Origin: Candidatus Margulisiibacteriota bacterium
Lineage (GTDB): Bacteria; Margulisbacteria; Termititenacia; Termititenacales; Termititenacaceae
Direction: 5' to 3'
Length of the DNA: 48,253 bases
NCBI GenBank assembly: GCA_031279305.1
Contig: JAITIS010000045.1
Location: 1 to 48,253 of the forward strand
Within the stretch, counting starts at the first letter, position 1. Every line of letters starts with the position of its first letter. The notes beneath the pieces are model-generated. The model did no database searches and was not told where the DNA came from. It saw only the letters and a list, made by a program, of their open reading frames with translations. Shown piece by piece: positions 31,974 through 41,430 of this stretch. A program made the translations under genes and the position numbers.

Positions 31974-33413
31974 ATGCACGCTCCGCTTTTCTTAAAAAAT
32001 ATTACGCTTGAGTTTCCCGGCAAAATTTGTTTTACGGATTTTTCCGCGGGTATTCAGCCTAGCCGCCGGATTTTTATTATCGGCAACAACGGCAGCGGCA
32101 AAACAGCGCTTCTTAAAATTATTCAGGGTTTGCTGGAGCCGACGACCGGAATTGTGGAGAATAAACAAAAAGTTTCTTTTGGTTATGTTCCGCAGCTGAT
32201 TACTGATTTTGCGGACTTGAGCGGCGCCGGGAGATTTAACAAGGCCTTGAGCGGCGAGCTGGCCAAGCATCCTGATTTGTTGCTGCTGGATGAGCCGACC
32301 AATCATCTGGACGCCCTTAACCGCCGGTCTCTGCAAAAAATGCTGGATTCTTATGCCGGCACGCTGGTGATCGTTTCGCACGACGAGGAATTCCTGCAAA
32401 GTTTTGCCGACACGCTCTGGCACATAAATAATGCAAAGGTGAGCGTATTCCGTGGGAGGTACGCGGACTATCAAAATGCTCTGCAGGCCAAGCGGCAGAG
32501 TATAGGAGAACAAATTTTCCGACTGAAAAAAGAACAAAAAGAAAATCAGAAAGCCTTGCTGCGCGAACAGCAAAGAGCGAAAAAGAGCAGGGCGTACGGG
32601 AAAAAAATGGTCAGGGAAAAACGCTGGCTGCCCGCGCTGGCTGATCAAAAAAAATCCTGCGCCGAACGCTCCGCCGGCCAGAAACAAAAAGCTATTGCCG
32701 AAAAAAGAACCACTTTGCGCGGTCAGCTGGCGGATTTATACCTGCCTAAAATTATTCGTCCTGTATTTTCGCTCTCCGCGCAGGATATAGGCAGGCGCAG
32801 TATTCTCTCCATCAGCCGCGCCAGCGCGGGCTACGCGGGCAGGATAGTTTTGAGTAATATAAATTTAGTTTTGGGCGGCGGCGAGCGGCTGGCTGTGACA
32901 GGCGATAACGGCGCGGGCAAGACGACTTTATTCAGGGCGATACTGGATTTGCCGGAGATAGTGAAATCCGGAGACTGGGATGCGCCCCGCGCGGCAGACA
33001 TCGGCTATCTGGACCAGCATTACGCGATGCTCGACAAGGAGCGGACGGTCTATGACACGCTGGCCGTATTGCGTCCGGATCTGCCGCCGCGCGCCATACG
33101 TTCTCTGCTCAGCGTTTTTTTGTTCCGCGCGAATGAGGAGGTGGAGAAAAAAGTCTCCGTGCTGTCCGGCGGTGAAAAAGCGCGCCTGTCTCTGGCCAAA
33201 ATCGCTGTCAAAACGCCGCGGTTGCTTCTGCTGGACGAGGCCACGAATAACATCGATCTGGAAACCAAAGATCAGCTGGCCGCTGTTTTGCGCGAGTATC
33301 CCGGCGCGCTGCTTATCATCTCGCACGACCGGAGTTTTCTGGAGAATATCGGCGTTGAACGGTGGCATCAGATCGTGGAGCCGGCGATAGGATTTGAACC
33401 CACGACCCGCTGA
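31974..33413 (+). CDS. ABC-F family ATPase with Msr/ARE-like architecture
   Basis: Two NBDs with no TM. Walker A is GNNGSGKT and GDNGAGKT. Signatures are LSGAGRF (degenerate) and LSGGEKARL. Walker B is LLLLDEPTNHLD and LLLLDEATNNID. The inter-domain linker is ~90 aa and Lys/Arg/Gln-rich. Confidence 0.85.
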   Translation: MHAPLFLKNITLEFPGKICFTDFSAGIQPSRRIFIIGNNGSGKTALLKIIQGLLEPTTGIVENKQKVSFGYVPQLITDFADLSGAGRFNKALSGELAKHPDLLLLDEPTNHLDALNRRSLQKMLDSYAGTLVIVSHDEEFLQSFADTLWHINNAKVSVFRGRYADYQNALQAKRQSIGEQIFRLKKEQKENQKALLREQQRAKKSRAYGKKMVREKRWLPALADQKKSCAERSAGQKQKAIAEKRTTLRGQLADLYLPKIIRPVFSLSAQDIGRRSILSISRASAGYAGRIVLSNINLVLGGGERLAVTGDNGAGKTTLFRAILDLPEIVKSGDWDAPRAADIGYLDQHYAMLDKERTVYDTLAVLRPDLPPRAIRSLLSVFLFRANEEVEKKVSVLSGGEKARLSLAKIAVKTPRLLLLDEATNNIDLETKDQLAAVLREYPGALLIISHDRSFLENIGVERWHQIVEPAIGFEPTTR

Positions 33414-33451
33414 TTACAAATCAGCTGCTCTACCAACTGAGCTACACCGGC
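33376..33451 (-). tRNA. tRNA-Thr (anticodon TGT), CCA encoded
   Basis: Reverse complement GCCGGTGTAGCTCAGTTGGTAGAGCAGCTGATTTGTAATCAGCGGGTCGTGGGTTCAAATCCTATCGCCGGCTCCA. Anticodon stem GCTGA/TCAGC, loop TTTGTAA. Confidence 0.9.
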
Positions 33452-33462
33452 GGATTTTAGAG

Positions 33463-33535
<73 letters not shown>

Positions 33536-33545
33536 AACGGTAGAG

Positions 33546-33573
33546 ATTTTACAAGAAAATTAACTTATTGCAA
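33546..33573 (-). promoter_or_regulatory. Sigma-70-type promoter of the tRNA-Phe/tRNA-Thr pair
   Basis: Minus strand TTGCAA (33573-33568), 16 nt, TAAAAT (33551-33546), 10 nt before the tRNA-Phe 5' end. Confidence 0.5.
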
Positions 33574-33594
33574 ACCACGGCTTACTGTCCAGAT

Positions 33595-34359
33595 TTACCG
33601 CCGTTTGAGCAGTAGTTTTTGGTAATAGAGCAGGCCGATATATTCTTTTAATCCTAAAAAACTATCGCGCAGATAACTGCTGTCCGGAAAAATATCGTGC
33701 CAGCGGTAACCGCCGCTTTCATATTTATAATCGCAGGCCAGCGGCACGGCATTGATGCCAAAGCTGGCGGCGGTGCGCATAGCGCGCGGAATATGTGCGG
33801 CGCTGGTCACTATTCCGGGACGGCGGTAACCCTGTTTTTGCAGATAAGTTTTGACATTCAGCAGATTTTCTTTGGTGTTGCGGCTGAGATTTTCCTGATG
33901 GATTTTAACGGACGGCACGCCCAGCTGTTCCAGCGTCCTAGCCATAACAGCGCCTTCATTCACCGCCCGGCCCAGCGGAGCGCCGCCGCAGACAATGATA
34001 GATATGTTTTTTTGCCGGTAAATGCGGTAGGCGTGATGAAGCCTGCGCAGGGTGGAGTCCGAAGGAGCCGCCCCGCCGGGAGCGTCGCGCGTATTGTGCC
34101 TGAGCCCTCCGCCCAGCACGATCAGCGCGTCGATCTCTGCGGCTGGATTTGAGCGATAGCGGTTTTCCAGCGGATAAATAATAATATCCCGCGCCGGCTT
34201 GAACGAGAGCAGATAAATAGAACAAACCGCCAGCGTCACCAGAAAAATACTGCCGCGGCGGTAATCGCGGAATATAGCGATGAGCGCTAGAATAAGCAGC
34301 GCTAAAAATAATCCGGGCGAAAGAAAAGTATAGGTGAATATTTTGGCGAGCCAGAACAT
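33595..34359 (-). CDS. DUF218 (YdcF/ElyC/SanA-like) membrane-anchored protein
   Basis: Two N-terminal hydrophobic segments, then ALIVLGGGL, IIVCGG and HIPRA motifs characteristic of DUF218. Confidence 0.75.
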   Translation of the reverse strand: MFWLAKIFTYTFLSPGLFLALLILALIAIFRDYRRGSIFLVTLAVCSIYLLSFKPARDIIIYPLENRYRSNPAAEIDALIVLGGGLRHNTRDAPGGAAPSDSTLRRLHHAYRIYRQKNISIIVCGGAPLGRAVNEGAVMARTLEQLGVPSVKIHQENLSRNTKENLLNVKTYLQKQGYRRPGIVTSAAHIPRAMRTAASFGINAVPLACDYKYESGGYRWHDIFPDSSYLRDSFLGLKEYIGLLYYQKLLLKRR

Positions 34360-34420
34360 AAGTTTTATTCTACAGCATTCATTGGCAATTAAAAATAAAA
34401 AAATATATACTTAAAGCGCG

Positions 34421-35824
34421 ATGACCAAAAACACAGGCGTCCTGCTGCATATTTCTTCTTTGCCCGGCGTTTATCCGGTAGGGGATTTTGGCCCGACCGC
34501 CTACGCTCTGGCAGATATTCTCGCGGAACAAAAAATTAAATACTGGCAGCTGCTGCCGCTGGGCCCGGCCGATCCGGAATATTTTTATTCTCCTTACACG
34601 ATGTTTTCCTCTTTTGCTCTGGGTGAGCTGTACGCCAGCCTGGAGCTGCTGGTGGAGCGGGAATTGCTTACGCCGGAAGAGGCCGCTCCTTGTCCATCCG
34701 TCGCGGCAGACTATCCGCAGGCGGAAAAACTGAAAAATGATCTGCTGCGCCGAGCTTACGCGCGTTTCCGCCCGGATGCGGATTATGACCGTTTCAGGCA
34801 GGAACAGTCTTTCTGGCTGGAGGCCTATGCAGAATTTCAGGCTCTGCGCCGCGCCGCAGGCCGGCCGTGGACTCAATGGCGGACAGATAAACCAGACCGC
34901 GCGCTGGTCGAATACGAGATGTTTGTGCAGTATATTCTTTTTGCCCAGTGGCAGACCTTAAAACAGTACGCGAATAATAAAGGAATAAAAATAATTGGCG
35001 ATCTGCCGCTTTTCACGGCGCACAACAGCGCGGATGTCTGGGCTTTCCCGCGCTATTTCAAATTGCGTTCGGACAAATCAATGGCGGTTACCGCCGGCGT
35101 GCCGCCGGATTATTTTAACGCGCAGGGGCAGGTCTGGCAGCTGCCGCTCTACAACTGGGACGCGCTGCAAGAGGATGATTTTTCTTGGTGGCGCTCCCGC
35201 ATCTGGTCAGCCCTGCAAAAATACGATCTGCTCCGGCTGGATCATTTTCGGGGTTTAGAAGCCTGCTATGAAATACCGGGCGGCGATCCGCACGGGTTGA
35301 ACGGCCGCTGGGTCAAAACTCCCGGCGCGGAGCTTTTGGCCGCGGTCAAAAAAGATTTTCCGCAAATGCCGCTGATCGCGGAAGATTTGGGTGTGATCAC
35401 GCCGGAAGTCCGCCGGCTGCGCGCGGATTTCGGTCTGCCCGGTATGCGGGTTGGATTGCTGGATTTTATTGATTATCCCAGACTGCGCGGACAGAGCGAG
35501 CACAATATCAAACAGCACGCGCCGGACAGCATATTGTATTCCACGACGCACGATTTTGACACGGTGCTAGGCTGGTATGCCACGGCTCCGCCGGAGGCCA
35601 GAGAGTATTTTCACCGCGAGATCGGCGAGCCGCGTCCGGAAAATTATCTGCGCTACTGGCTCTCTTCGCCGGCGGACACAGTGATTTTCCCGGCGCAGGA
35701 TATTCTGGGGTTGGGCAGCGCGGCGCGGCTGAATTTTCCCGGCACCAGCGGCGCGGGACGCAACTGGGTCTGGCGGCTGCAGGCGGAGGAACCGCTAAAA
35801 CTGAATATCGTCAATCCATTTTAA
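34421..35824 (+). CDS. malQ: 4-alpha-glucanotransferase (amylomaltase, GH77)
   Basis: GVLLHISSLPG...GDFGP, YWQLLPLGP, LRLDHFRG and IAEDLG are typical MalQ motifs. Confidence 0.9.
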   Translation: MTKNTGVLLHISSLPGVYPVGDFGPTAYALADILAEQKIKYWQLLPLGPADPEYFYSPYTMFSSFALGELYASLELLVERELLTPEEAAPCPSVAADYPQAEKLKNDLLRRAYARFRPDADYDRFRQEQSFWLEAYAEFQALRRAAGRPWTQWRTDKPDRALVEYEMFVQYILFAQWQTLKQYANNKGIKIIGDLPLFTAHNSADVWAFPRYFKLRSDKSMAVTAGVPPDYFNAQGQVWQLPLYNWDALQEDDFSWWRSRIWSALQKYDLLRLDHFRGLEACYEIPGGDPHGLNGRWVKTPGAELLAAVKKDFPQMPLIAEDLGVITPEVRRLRADFGLPGMRVGLLDFIDYPRLRGQSEHNIKQHAPDSILYSTTHDFDTVLGWYATAPPEAREYFHREIGEPRPENYLRYWLSSPADTVIFPAQDILGLGSAARLNFPGTSGAGRNWVWRLQAEEPLKLNIVNPF

Positions 35825-37147
35825 GTACAGCTTATTGATCCTGTTGTATTCCCGCAGATGTTTTAATTCCAGATTCAACAACGGCACTAGGAGAATATGC
35901 CGCATCTGTTCTTTCAAGTCTTCAGGGATAGCGTTAGGTTTGTACAAAATATGCTCCAGATTTTGAAATATGCTGCTGTCGTATGGTTTGCCCTGATTCT
36001 CATAGTATGTATTATCGCTCTGGGCTTCACCGTTTTTATTGATCAAAGTCAACAGTTTTAGATCGCGGTAAGCCTTTGGCGGATTGTGCAGATACAAATT
36101 TTCTTCTTCCAGAATCATATCTTCCGGATAAATGCACATAATGGCGTTCTTGAGATTTTCTAGAAAAAAATAATCCGCGCCGCTGATCCGCGCGCCGCTG
36201 ATGTCCGGAATATCGCCGACATATATTTTACGCCCGTATTTTTCCTCATAATGATTCATTTTTTTCAGCAGGCTGTATAAAGTTTTGGCGCGAGGATTGT
36301 CTATAACTGGACTGATTCTGTTTTGGAGAGTTTTGAACAAAAAGAAATTTCTGCGTATGTCATTCAGGATCAGGTCATTGTACTGGTCGACAGGCAAAAT
36401 GCGCTGTAAATCCAGCAGCGTATTTTTGAGATCAGTCAAATTTGTTTCAGGATGAAAGTGCAAGCCGACGCCTTTTCTGGTCGGATCGATGTCTGCTATT
36501 TTTTCTAACTGGGTGCGTGCTTTATCCGATAGCCGGCCGGGCGTATAAACATAGTAATAACGCGCCACTTTGTCCGCCAACTCTCTTAATATCATTTCGA
36601 TGACCACCAGATGATTTTTGATATTCCGGACGGAATTGGACGGCGAGTCTCCGATAAAATATTGGGAAAATGGACTGTTTATATCCTGCGCGGCTTCTTT
36701 GGCTTCATTGAAGTCCAGCCCGTAAATATATCGATCCCGTGCTATCCGCTGTTTATTAAACTTTTCTTTTTTTTGCGCGGTGCTGGTGATTTCCTGCGCA
36801 ATGCTGAAAAGTGAACCCAGATAGTCGCTGTGCTGTTTGCGGGTTTTTTCGGACTCAACAAAAAACTCTTTTTGCAGTTTCCGCCAGCTCTCTCCGGTCA
36901 CCGACTCCGCGCAGATGATCCGGCAGACATAATCCCGATAATCGTCAATGTCATTGGTTTTGTCGTTATTGGCCAGCAGCTTGAGCGCAAAAGGATCATC
37001 GCCCTCTTGCAGGGCGTGCCAGAATATCCGTTTTAGCGTCGGCAGATATTCGGCGGGGTATTTGTACCCGCGCAGCCTGTCTTCCAACTCGTCCAGACAA
37101 ACCTGCTGGGTGTCGCTGGTTTTTTCTTGATAACTGCGTATGGCCAT
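35795..37147 (-). CDS. Hypothetical protein (450 aa), no recognised family
   Basis: Long AT-rich ORF (21/60 G+C in 36001-36060) with GAGAGG/GGAAGG upstream of the ATG at 37147. Divergent from copA. Its 3' end overlaps the malQ 3' end by 30 nt. Confidence 0.55.
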   Translation of the reverse strand: MAIRSYQEKTSDTQQVCLDELEDRLRGYKYPAEYLPTLKRIFWHALQEGDDPFALKLLANNDKTNDIDDYRDYVCRIICAESVTGESWRKLQKEFFVESEKTRKQHSDYLGSLFSIAQEITSTAQKKEKFNKQRIARDRYIYGLDFNEAKEAAQDINSPFSQYFIGDSPSNSVRNIKNHLVVIEMILRELADKVARYYYVYTPGRLSDKARTQLEKIADIDPTRKGVGLHFHPETNLTDLKNTLLDLQRILPVDQYNDLILNDIRRNFFLFKTLQNRISPVIDNPRAKTLYSLLKKMNHYEEKYGRKIYVGDIPDISGARISGADYFFLENLKNAIMCIYPEDMILEEENLYLHNPPKAYRDLKLLTLINKNGEAQSDNTYYENQGKPYDSSIFQNLEHILYKPNAIPEDLKEQMRHILLVPLLNLELKHLREYNRINKLYLKWIDDIQF

Positions 37148-37226
37148 CCTTCCGCCTCTCTAATAAATATATCGCAGATCTGACGGCGGTGTTGCAGATG
37201 TTTTGCCATAACATTAAAATAGGTCT

Positions 37227-39437
37227 ATGCGCGCTGTATTTCAGATCGGCGGTATGTCCTGCGCGGCCTGCGCCAGACATATCGAAAAAGCTATCGGTCG
37301 GTTGTCCGGCGTGGCGAGCGTTTTTGTCAATCTGGCTGCGGAACAGGCCACGGTTGTTTATGACGAAAATCGTTTGGACGCCGCGCGAATCGCCGCCGCA
37401 GTCAGTCAGGCCGGCTATCGGGCAGATGCGGCAAAAGACGCGGACGGTAAAAATTTGTTTCCGCTCTGGCCGGACTTTTTGGCCGCGGCGTTTTTTACCC
37501 TGCCTCTTTTCTATATCGCAATGGCGCCGATGCTCGGTCTGCCCCTGCCCGCGCTGCTCGATCCGGTCGGGCGCGCCCGGACTTACGCTCTGCTGGAGCT
37601 GGCGCTGACCCTGCCGGTAGTGCTGGCCGGGCGCCGTTTTTACACCGGTGGTTTTCGGGCGCTGCTGGTCTTCAGTCCCAATATGGATTCCCTGATTGCC
37701 GTGGGCACTTCCGCGGCGCTGATCTACAGCTTATACAATGTATATGTAGTTTTGCAGGGTGGTTATCACGCGGCGCATTCACTGTATTTTGAGACGGCGG
37801 CTCTGATCATCACGCTGGTGCTTTTGGGCAAGGCCCTGGAGACGTTTTCCAAAAAGCGCGCCGGCGCGGCGCTGAAAACCCTGCTGCAGCTAGCTCCCGC
37901 GACAGCGTTGGTTTGGCGCGATGATACGGAAATTACCCTGCCGCTGGCGGAGGTAAAAATAGGCGATATTCTGGTTGTCAAACCCGGCGCGAAAATCCCG
38001 GTGGACGGCACGGTGCTGGATGGACAAACCGCGGTGGACGAATCTATGCTCACCGGCGAAAGCGCGCCGGCGGATAAAAAAGCGGGCGATCCGGTTTATG
38101 CCGCCACTTTGAACACTTACGGAGTCTTGCGCTTCCGCGCGGAAAAAATCGGCGCCGGCACGGCTCTGGCGCAGATTATTAGACTAGTCGAAGAGGCGCA
38201 AAGTTCACGCGCGCCTATTGCCAGACTGGCGGACACGGTTTCCGGCTATTTTGTGCCGGCAGTCTGCCTGATCGCCGCGCTGGCCGGGATCGGCTGGTAT
38301 GCCGCCGGAGCCGGTCTGGAGTTTGCGCTCACTATATTTATCTCTGTGCTGGTCATTGCCTGTCCCTGCGCGCTCGGTCTGGCTACTCCTATGGCGGTGC
38401 TGGCGGCCTCTGGCAGAGGCGCGGAGTGCGGCATACTGATCAAAAGCGGCGCGGCGCTGGAGGCCTTGAGCGCGGTGGACACGGTGGTTTTGGATAAGAC
38501 AGGCACGCTGACCTCAGGTCGTCCAGCAGTGACAGGCATCTGGCCGGCAGAGGGCGTCGAGCCAGATCAGCTCCTGCAGCTGGCTGCGGCGGCGGAAAAA
38601 AATTCAGAGCATCCGCTCGGACAGGCTGTGGCGCGCTATGCAGAACAAAAAAAACTGCCGCCGCTGGCTGCGGCGGATTTTGCCGCGCTGGCCGGCAGCG
38701 GCGTGGAAGCCAAAGTTTACACTGTGTCTGTTCTGCTCGGCAGCCGGGATTTGCTGGAGAAACGCGGGATCAAGCCCGGCGGCGCCGCGCGCGCCGCGAA
38801 ATTGGCCGCGGCAGGCCGGACGCCGGTATTCGCGGCGGTGAATGGCAAATATGCCGGGATCATCGCCCTAGCGGATGAATTAAAACCGGATAGCCGGCCA
38901 GCTGTGGAGTATCTACAAAAAGCCGGCGTAAATGTCGTGATGCTCACCGGTGACAATGCCCGCACCGCCGCCGCGGTGGCGGCTCAGGCCGGCATCACCG
39001 ATGTTTTGGCCGGCGTCCTGCCGCAGGACAAAGCCGCGGAAATAAAAAAACTCCAGTCCGCCGGCCGCCGGGTGGCTATGGTGGGCGACGGTATCAATGA
39101 TGCTCCCGCTCTGGCGCAGGCCGATGTAGGCGTGGCCATAGGCACCGGCACGGATGTGGCGGTAGAGTCGGCGGATGTTGTCCTGATGCGCGGCGAGCTT
39201 TGGGGCGCGCCGGCCGCGCTGGATTTGAGCCGGCGGACTATGCGCAATATCAAGCAAAATCTCTGCTGGGCTTTTGGCTACAATATGCTTGGCCTGCCTG
39301 CCGCCGCTGGACTGCTGCATATCTGGGGCGGCCCGCTGCTGACACCGGCGCTGGCGGCGGCGGCAATGAGTTTTAGTTCGCTGTCTGTTGTGGCTAACGC
39401 TCTGCGCCTGCGCCGCTGCCGGCCGGCAAGACGATAA
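37227..39437 (+). CDS. copA: Copper-translocating P1B-type ATPase
   Basis: 736-aa ORF. N-terminal HMA domain [50 protein letters not shown]. Confidence 0.92.
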   Translation: MRAVFQIGGMSCAACARHIEKAIGRLSGVASVFVNLAAEQATVVYDENRLDAARIAAAVSQAGYRADAAKDADGKNLFPLWPDFLAAAFFTLPLFYIAMAPMLGLPLPALLDPVGRARTYALLELALTLPVVLAGRRFYTGGFRALLVFSPNMDSLIAVGTSAALIYSLYNVYVVLQGGYHAAHSLYFETAALIITLVLLGKALETFSKKRAGAALKTLLQLAPATALVWRDDTEITLPLAEVKIGDILVVKPGAKIPVDGTVLDGQTAVDESMLTGESAPADKKAGDPVYAATLNTYGVLRFRAEKIGAGTALAQIIRLVEEAQSSRAPIARLADTVSGYFVPAVCLIAALAGIGWYAAGAGLEFALTIFISVLVIACPCALGLATPMAVLAASGRGAECGILIKSGAALEALSAVDTVVLDKTGTLTSGRPAVTGIWPAEGVEPDQLLQLAAAAEKNSEHPLGQAVARYAEQKKLPPLAAADFAALAGSGVEAKVYTVSVLLGSRDLLEKRGIKPGGAARAAKLAAAGRTPVFAAVNGKYAGIIALADELKPDSRPAVEYLQKAGVNVVMLTGDNARTAAAVAAQAGITDVLAGVLPQDKAAEIKKLQSAGRRVAMVGDGINDAPALAQADVGVAIGTGTDVAVESADVVLMRGELWGAPAALDLSRRTMRNIKQNLCWAFGYNMLGLPAAAGLLHIWGGPLLTPALAAAAMSFSSLSVVANALRLRRCRPARR

Positions 39438-39439
39438 GA

Positions 39440-41080
39440 CTATACGGAAATATAACCGCCGGTCAGTTCTTGTTCCGCCTTTTGACTGATTTCCTGCAGC
39501 AATTTTTGGGTTTCCGGTGAAATATCGCGCAGAGCTTTGCGCAGGACGCGGATCACATTGCGTCTGTAGGCTAACGGCGCATACCACCAACGCGCGCCAA
39601 TTTCTCTGTATAACGCGGGCAGATCCCGCGCCGCGTCGGTTTTGATAAAAGCCAGGGCGACTAGCGCGTCGTTTATCAGCGGGCGGTTTTCCGGCGTGAG
39701 TCTGGTATGCATCAGCAGGTTTTTTATTTCTGCGTAGCGCGCGGAAAACTCCAGACAGTACCAGATAAAAGTATTTTGGATATATTCCGCCTGCAGTTCC
39801 TGCAGCAGTTTTTGCAGAACCACGGCTTTGCCCAGATCGGCGGGATTTTCCAGCGCGGCGATGTAGGCGGCTAACAGCTCTTGTTTGTCGTCCGTCTGTA
39901 TGGCCAGCCGGAGAATTATGTCTCCGGCCTCCGCCAGCGTGCGCAGTTTGACCCGGCTGTGCTGTTCCTCCGGATCTTTGGGAACGCGTGGCGGGGTTTT
40001 GCGGCGGCCAAAATTAGTCTGCTTTTTGAGCAGAGTGGAGAGATCGAGTATATTCCAGTAAAGGGTGTGCTCAACGGCGGCCTGTTTTTCCGCGGCGGTA
40101 AAATTATTTTCTTTTATTTTGCTATGTTTAGGCGCTCTGTCCGGGGCATTGTAGCCGTCTAAGTTGAACCCGTTGGTCGGATCAGTTTGAAAACCGCCTA
40201 ACAGGCTGGCGCCCAGCCGCAGATAATCCCGGTGCTGAATAATGCGCCGTGGTTTTTGCGCCGCCGGTTTTTCCTGTTCCATAGTCGCTTTGCGCGTGTC
40301 CAGATGTCTCCGGCGCGGCCTGACCGGCGCGGCGTCTAATTCAGCCAGCGCTTTTTCTCTGGCGTATTTTTCCGCCGCCTCTTTTTGCCGCAGAGTTGGC
40401 GTGCGCTTTAGGATATCAAATGCCGCCTGCAATTCCGCCGAGGCAAATTTTTCTCCGTCGTGAAAATCGATGTAATTTATTTCCCAGGCCAGCGCGTATT
40501 CGTCAGGGTCGGTTTCGCTGTAGTCCGGCGCATAGCCGTGCCGGTCGATAAAATCCTGCGCGGCTTTGATCAGATCCGCGCCGTATATTTCCGTATGCGA
40601 CGGCGTGTTATGCAGGAGGCTCTGCCAGAGCTCCAGTTGTTTGGCGGTTTTAAATTTAGGAGTTTTGTACCTATTCAATGCCTCGATACGTTTGGCCAGC
40701 GCGCTCTCGGCTTCCTCTTCCGTCGTTATATTTTGCTTGTACAGCACGCGCGGCTTGTAACCGTAAACCCGCACAAAATCCTGAAATTCCCGCAGCAGCG
40801 CGGCGTTTTGTTTCTCTATGTAGCTCGGAGTTTCGGCGCTGATGCGGTCATATATTTCTTGTTCCGCAGTGTTCAGCTCTATTTTGCCGGTCTTGATATC
40901 TTTGAGCAGTATCCAGAAATTGCGTTCAGACTGGCTGGTTTTATTGTGGTCGTCGTCATAGTAGCGGGGAAAACCCTCCGCGGCGCGGGTGAATTCTTCC
41001 GCCGCGCGCAGTTTCTCTGTCAGAGAAAGTTTTTTCCAGCTGGTTTGTTCTTTTTTATCGGAAATAATTTTGGCCAGCAT
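39440..41080 (-). CDS. Hypothetical protein (546 aa) with three N-terminal helicase-associated-like repeats
   Basis: Three ~70-aa units have cores AEEFTRAAEGFPRY, FQDFVRVYGYKPRV and AQDFIDRHGYAPDY. The units end in ISAETPS, LLHNTPS and ILKRTPT. I do not recognise the C-terminal ~300 aa. Confidence 0.55.
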   Translation of the reverse strand: MLAKIISDKKEQTSWKKLSLTEKLRAAEEFTRAAEGFPRYYDDDHNKTSQSERNFWILLKDIKTGKIELNTAEQEIYDRISAETPSYIEKQNAALLREFQDFVRVYGYKPRVLYKQNITTEEEAESALAKRIEALNRYKTPKFKTAKQLELWQSLLHNTPSHTEIYGADLIKAAQDFIDRHGYAPDYSETDPDEYALAWEINYIDFHDGEKFASAELQAAFDILKRTPTLRQKEAAEKYAREKALAELDAAPVRPRRRHLDTRKATMEQEKPAAQKPRRIIQHRDYLRLGASLLGGFQTDPTNGFNLDGYNAPDRAPKHSKIKENNFTAAEKQAAVEHTLYWNILDLSTLLKKQTNFGRRKTPPRVPKDPEEQHSRVKLRTLAEAGDIILRLAIQTDDKQELLAAYIAALENPADLGKAVVLQKLLQELQAEYIQNTFIWYCLEFSARYAEIKNLLMHTRLTPENRPLINDALVALAFIKTDAARDLPALYREIGARWWYAPLAYRRNVIRVLRKALRDISPETQKLLQEISQKAEQELTGGYISV

Positions 41081-41312
41081 AGTCTTTATTATACTCGCAA
41101 GAAAATAAAAAATGTTGCGATTTTTTAGGCAAAATTGGCTAACTAATTCGGCCTTGTTGATTTCTGATCGTTTGAATAATCACAGTTATAATTAAATCAC
41201 TCCGGCCACTGTTTTACGTATATGAATAATTTTAATAATCCGGCCTAAAGTAAAAGCGCTGTAGCAATCGCTCCGACTTATTTTTGCGGGTTTATGTTAG
41301 TATTGATTGTGT

Positions 41313-41389
41313 GTCCCCGTAGCTCAGCTGGATAGAGCGAGCGCCTCCTAAGCGCTAGGTCGCACGTTCGACTCGTGTCGGGGACGCCA
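41313..41389 (+). tRNA. tRNA-Arg (anticodon CCT), CCA encoded
   Basis: Acceptor GTCCCCG/CGGGGAC, D arm GCTC-AGCTGGATA-GAGC, anticodon stem AGCGC/GCGCT with loop CTCCTAA, T arm GCACG-TTCGACT-CGTGT. Confidence 0.9.
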
Positions 41390-41430
41390 AGCATAGCGCA
41401 ATCAATTGCTGTTTGTGTGACGGACAACAA

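Noticed and set aside
31992-32687. 231-aa minus-strand ORF
   Set aside because: It is antisense to the first NBD of the ABC-F gene and has no motifs.
34379-34876. 165-aa minus-strand ORF
   Set aside because: It is antisense to the conserved N-terminus of malQ.
38913-39590. 225-aa minus-strand ORF and other minus or alternate-frame ORFs within 37189-39253
   Set aside because: They lie inside the GC-rich copA, where long spurious open frames are expected. The sequences are Arg/Ala/Gly-rich with no motifs.
40460-41128. 222-aa plus-strand ORF
   Set aside because: It is antisense to the 546-aa orphan. The minus-strand frame has the internal repeat structure and the more protein-like composition, although neither has a database-level call.
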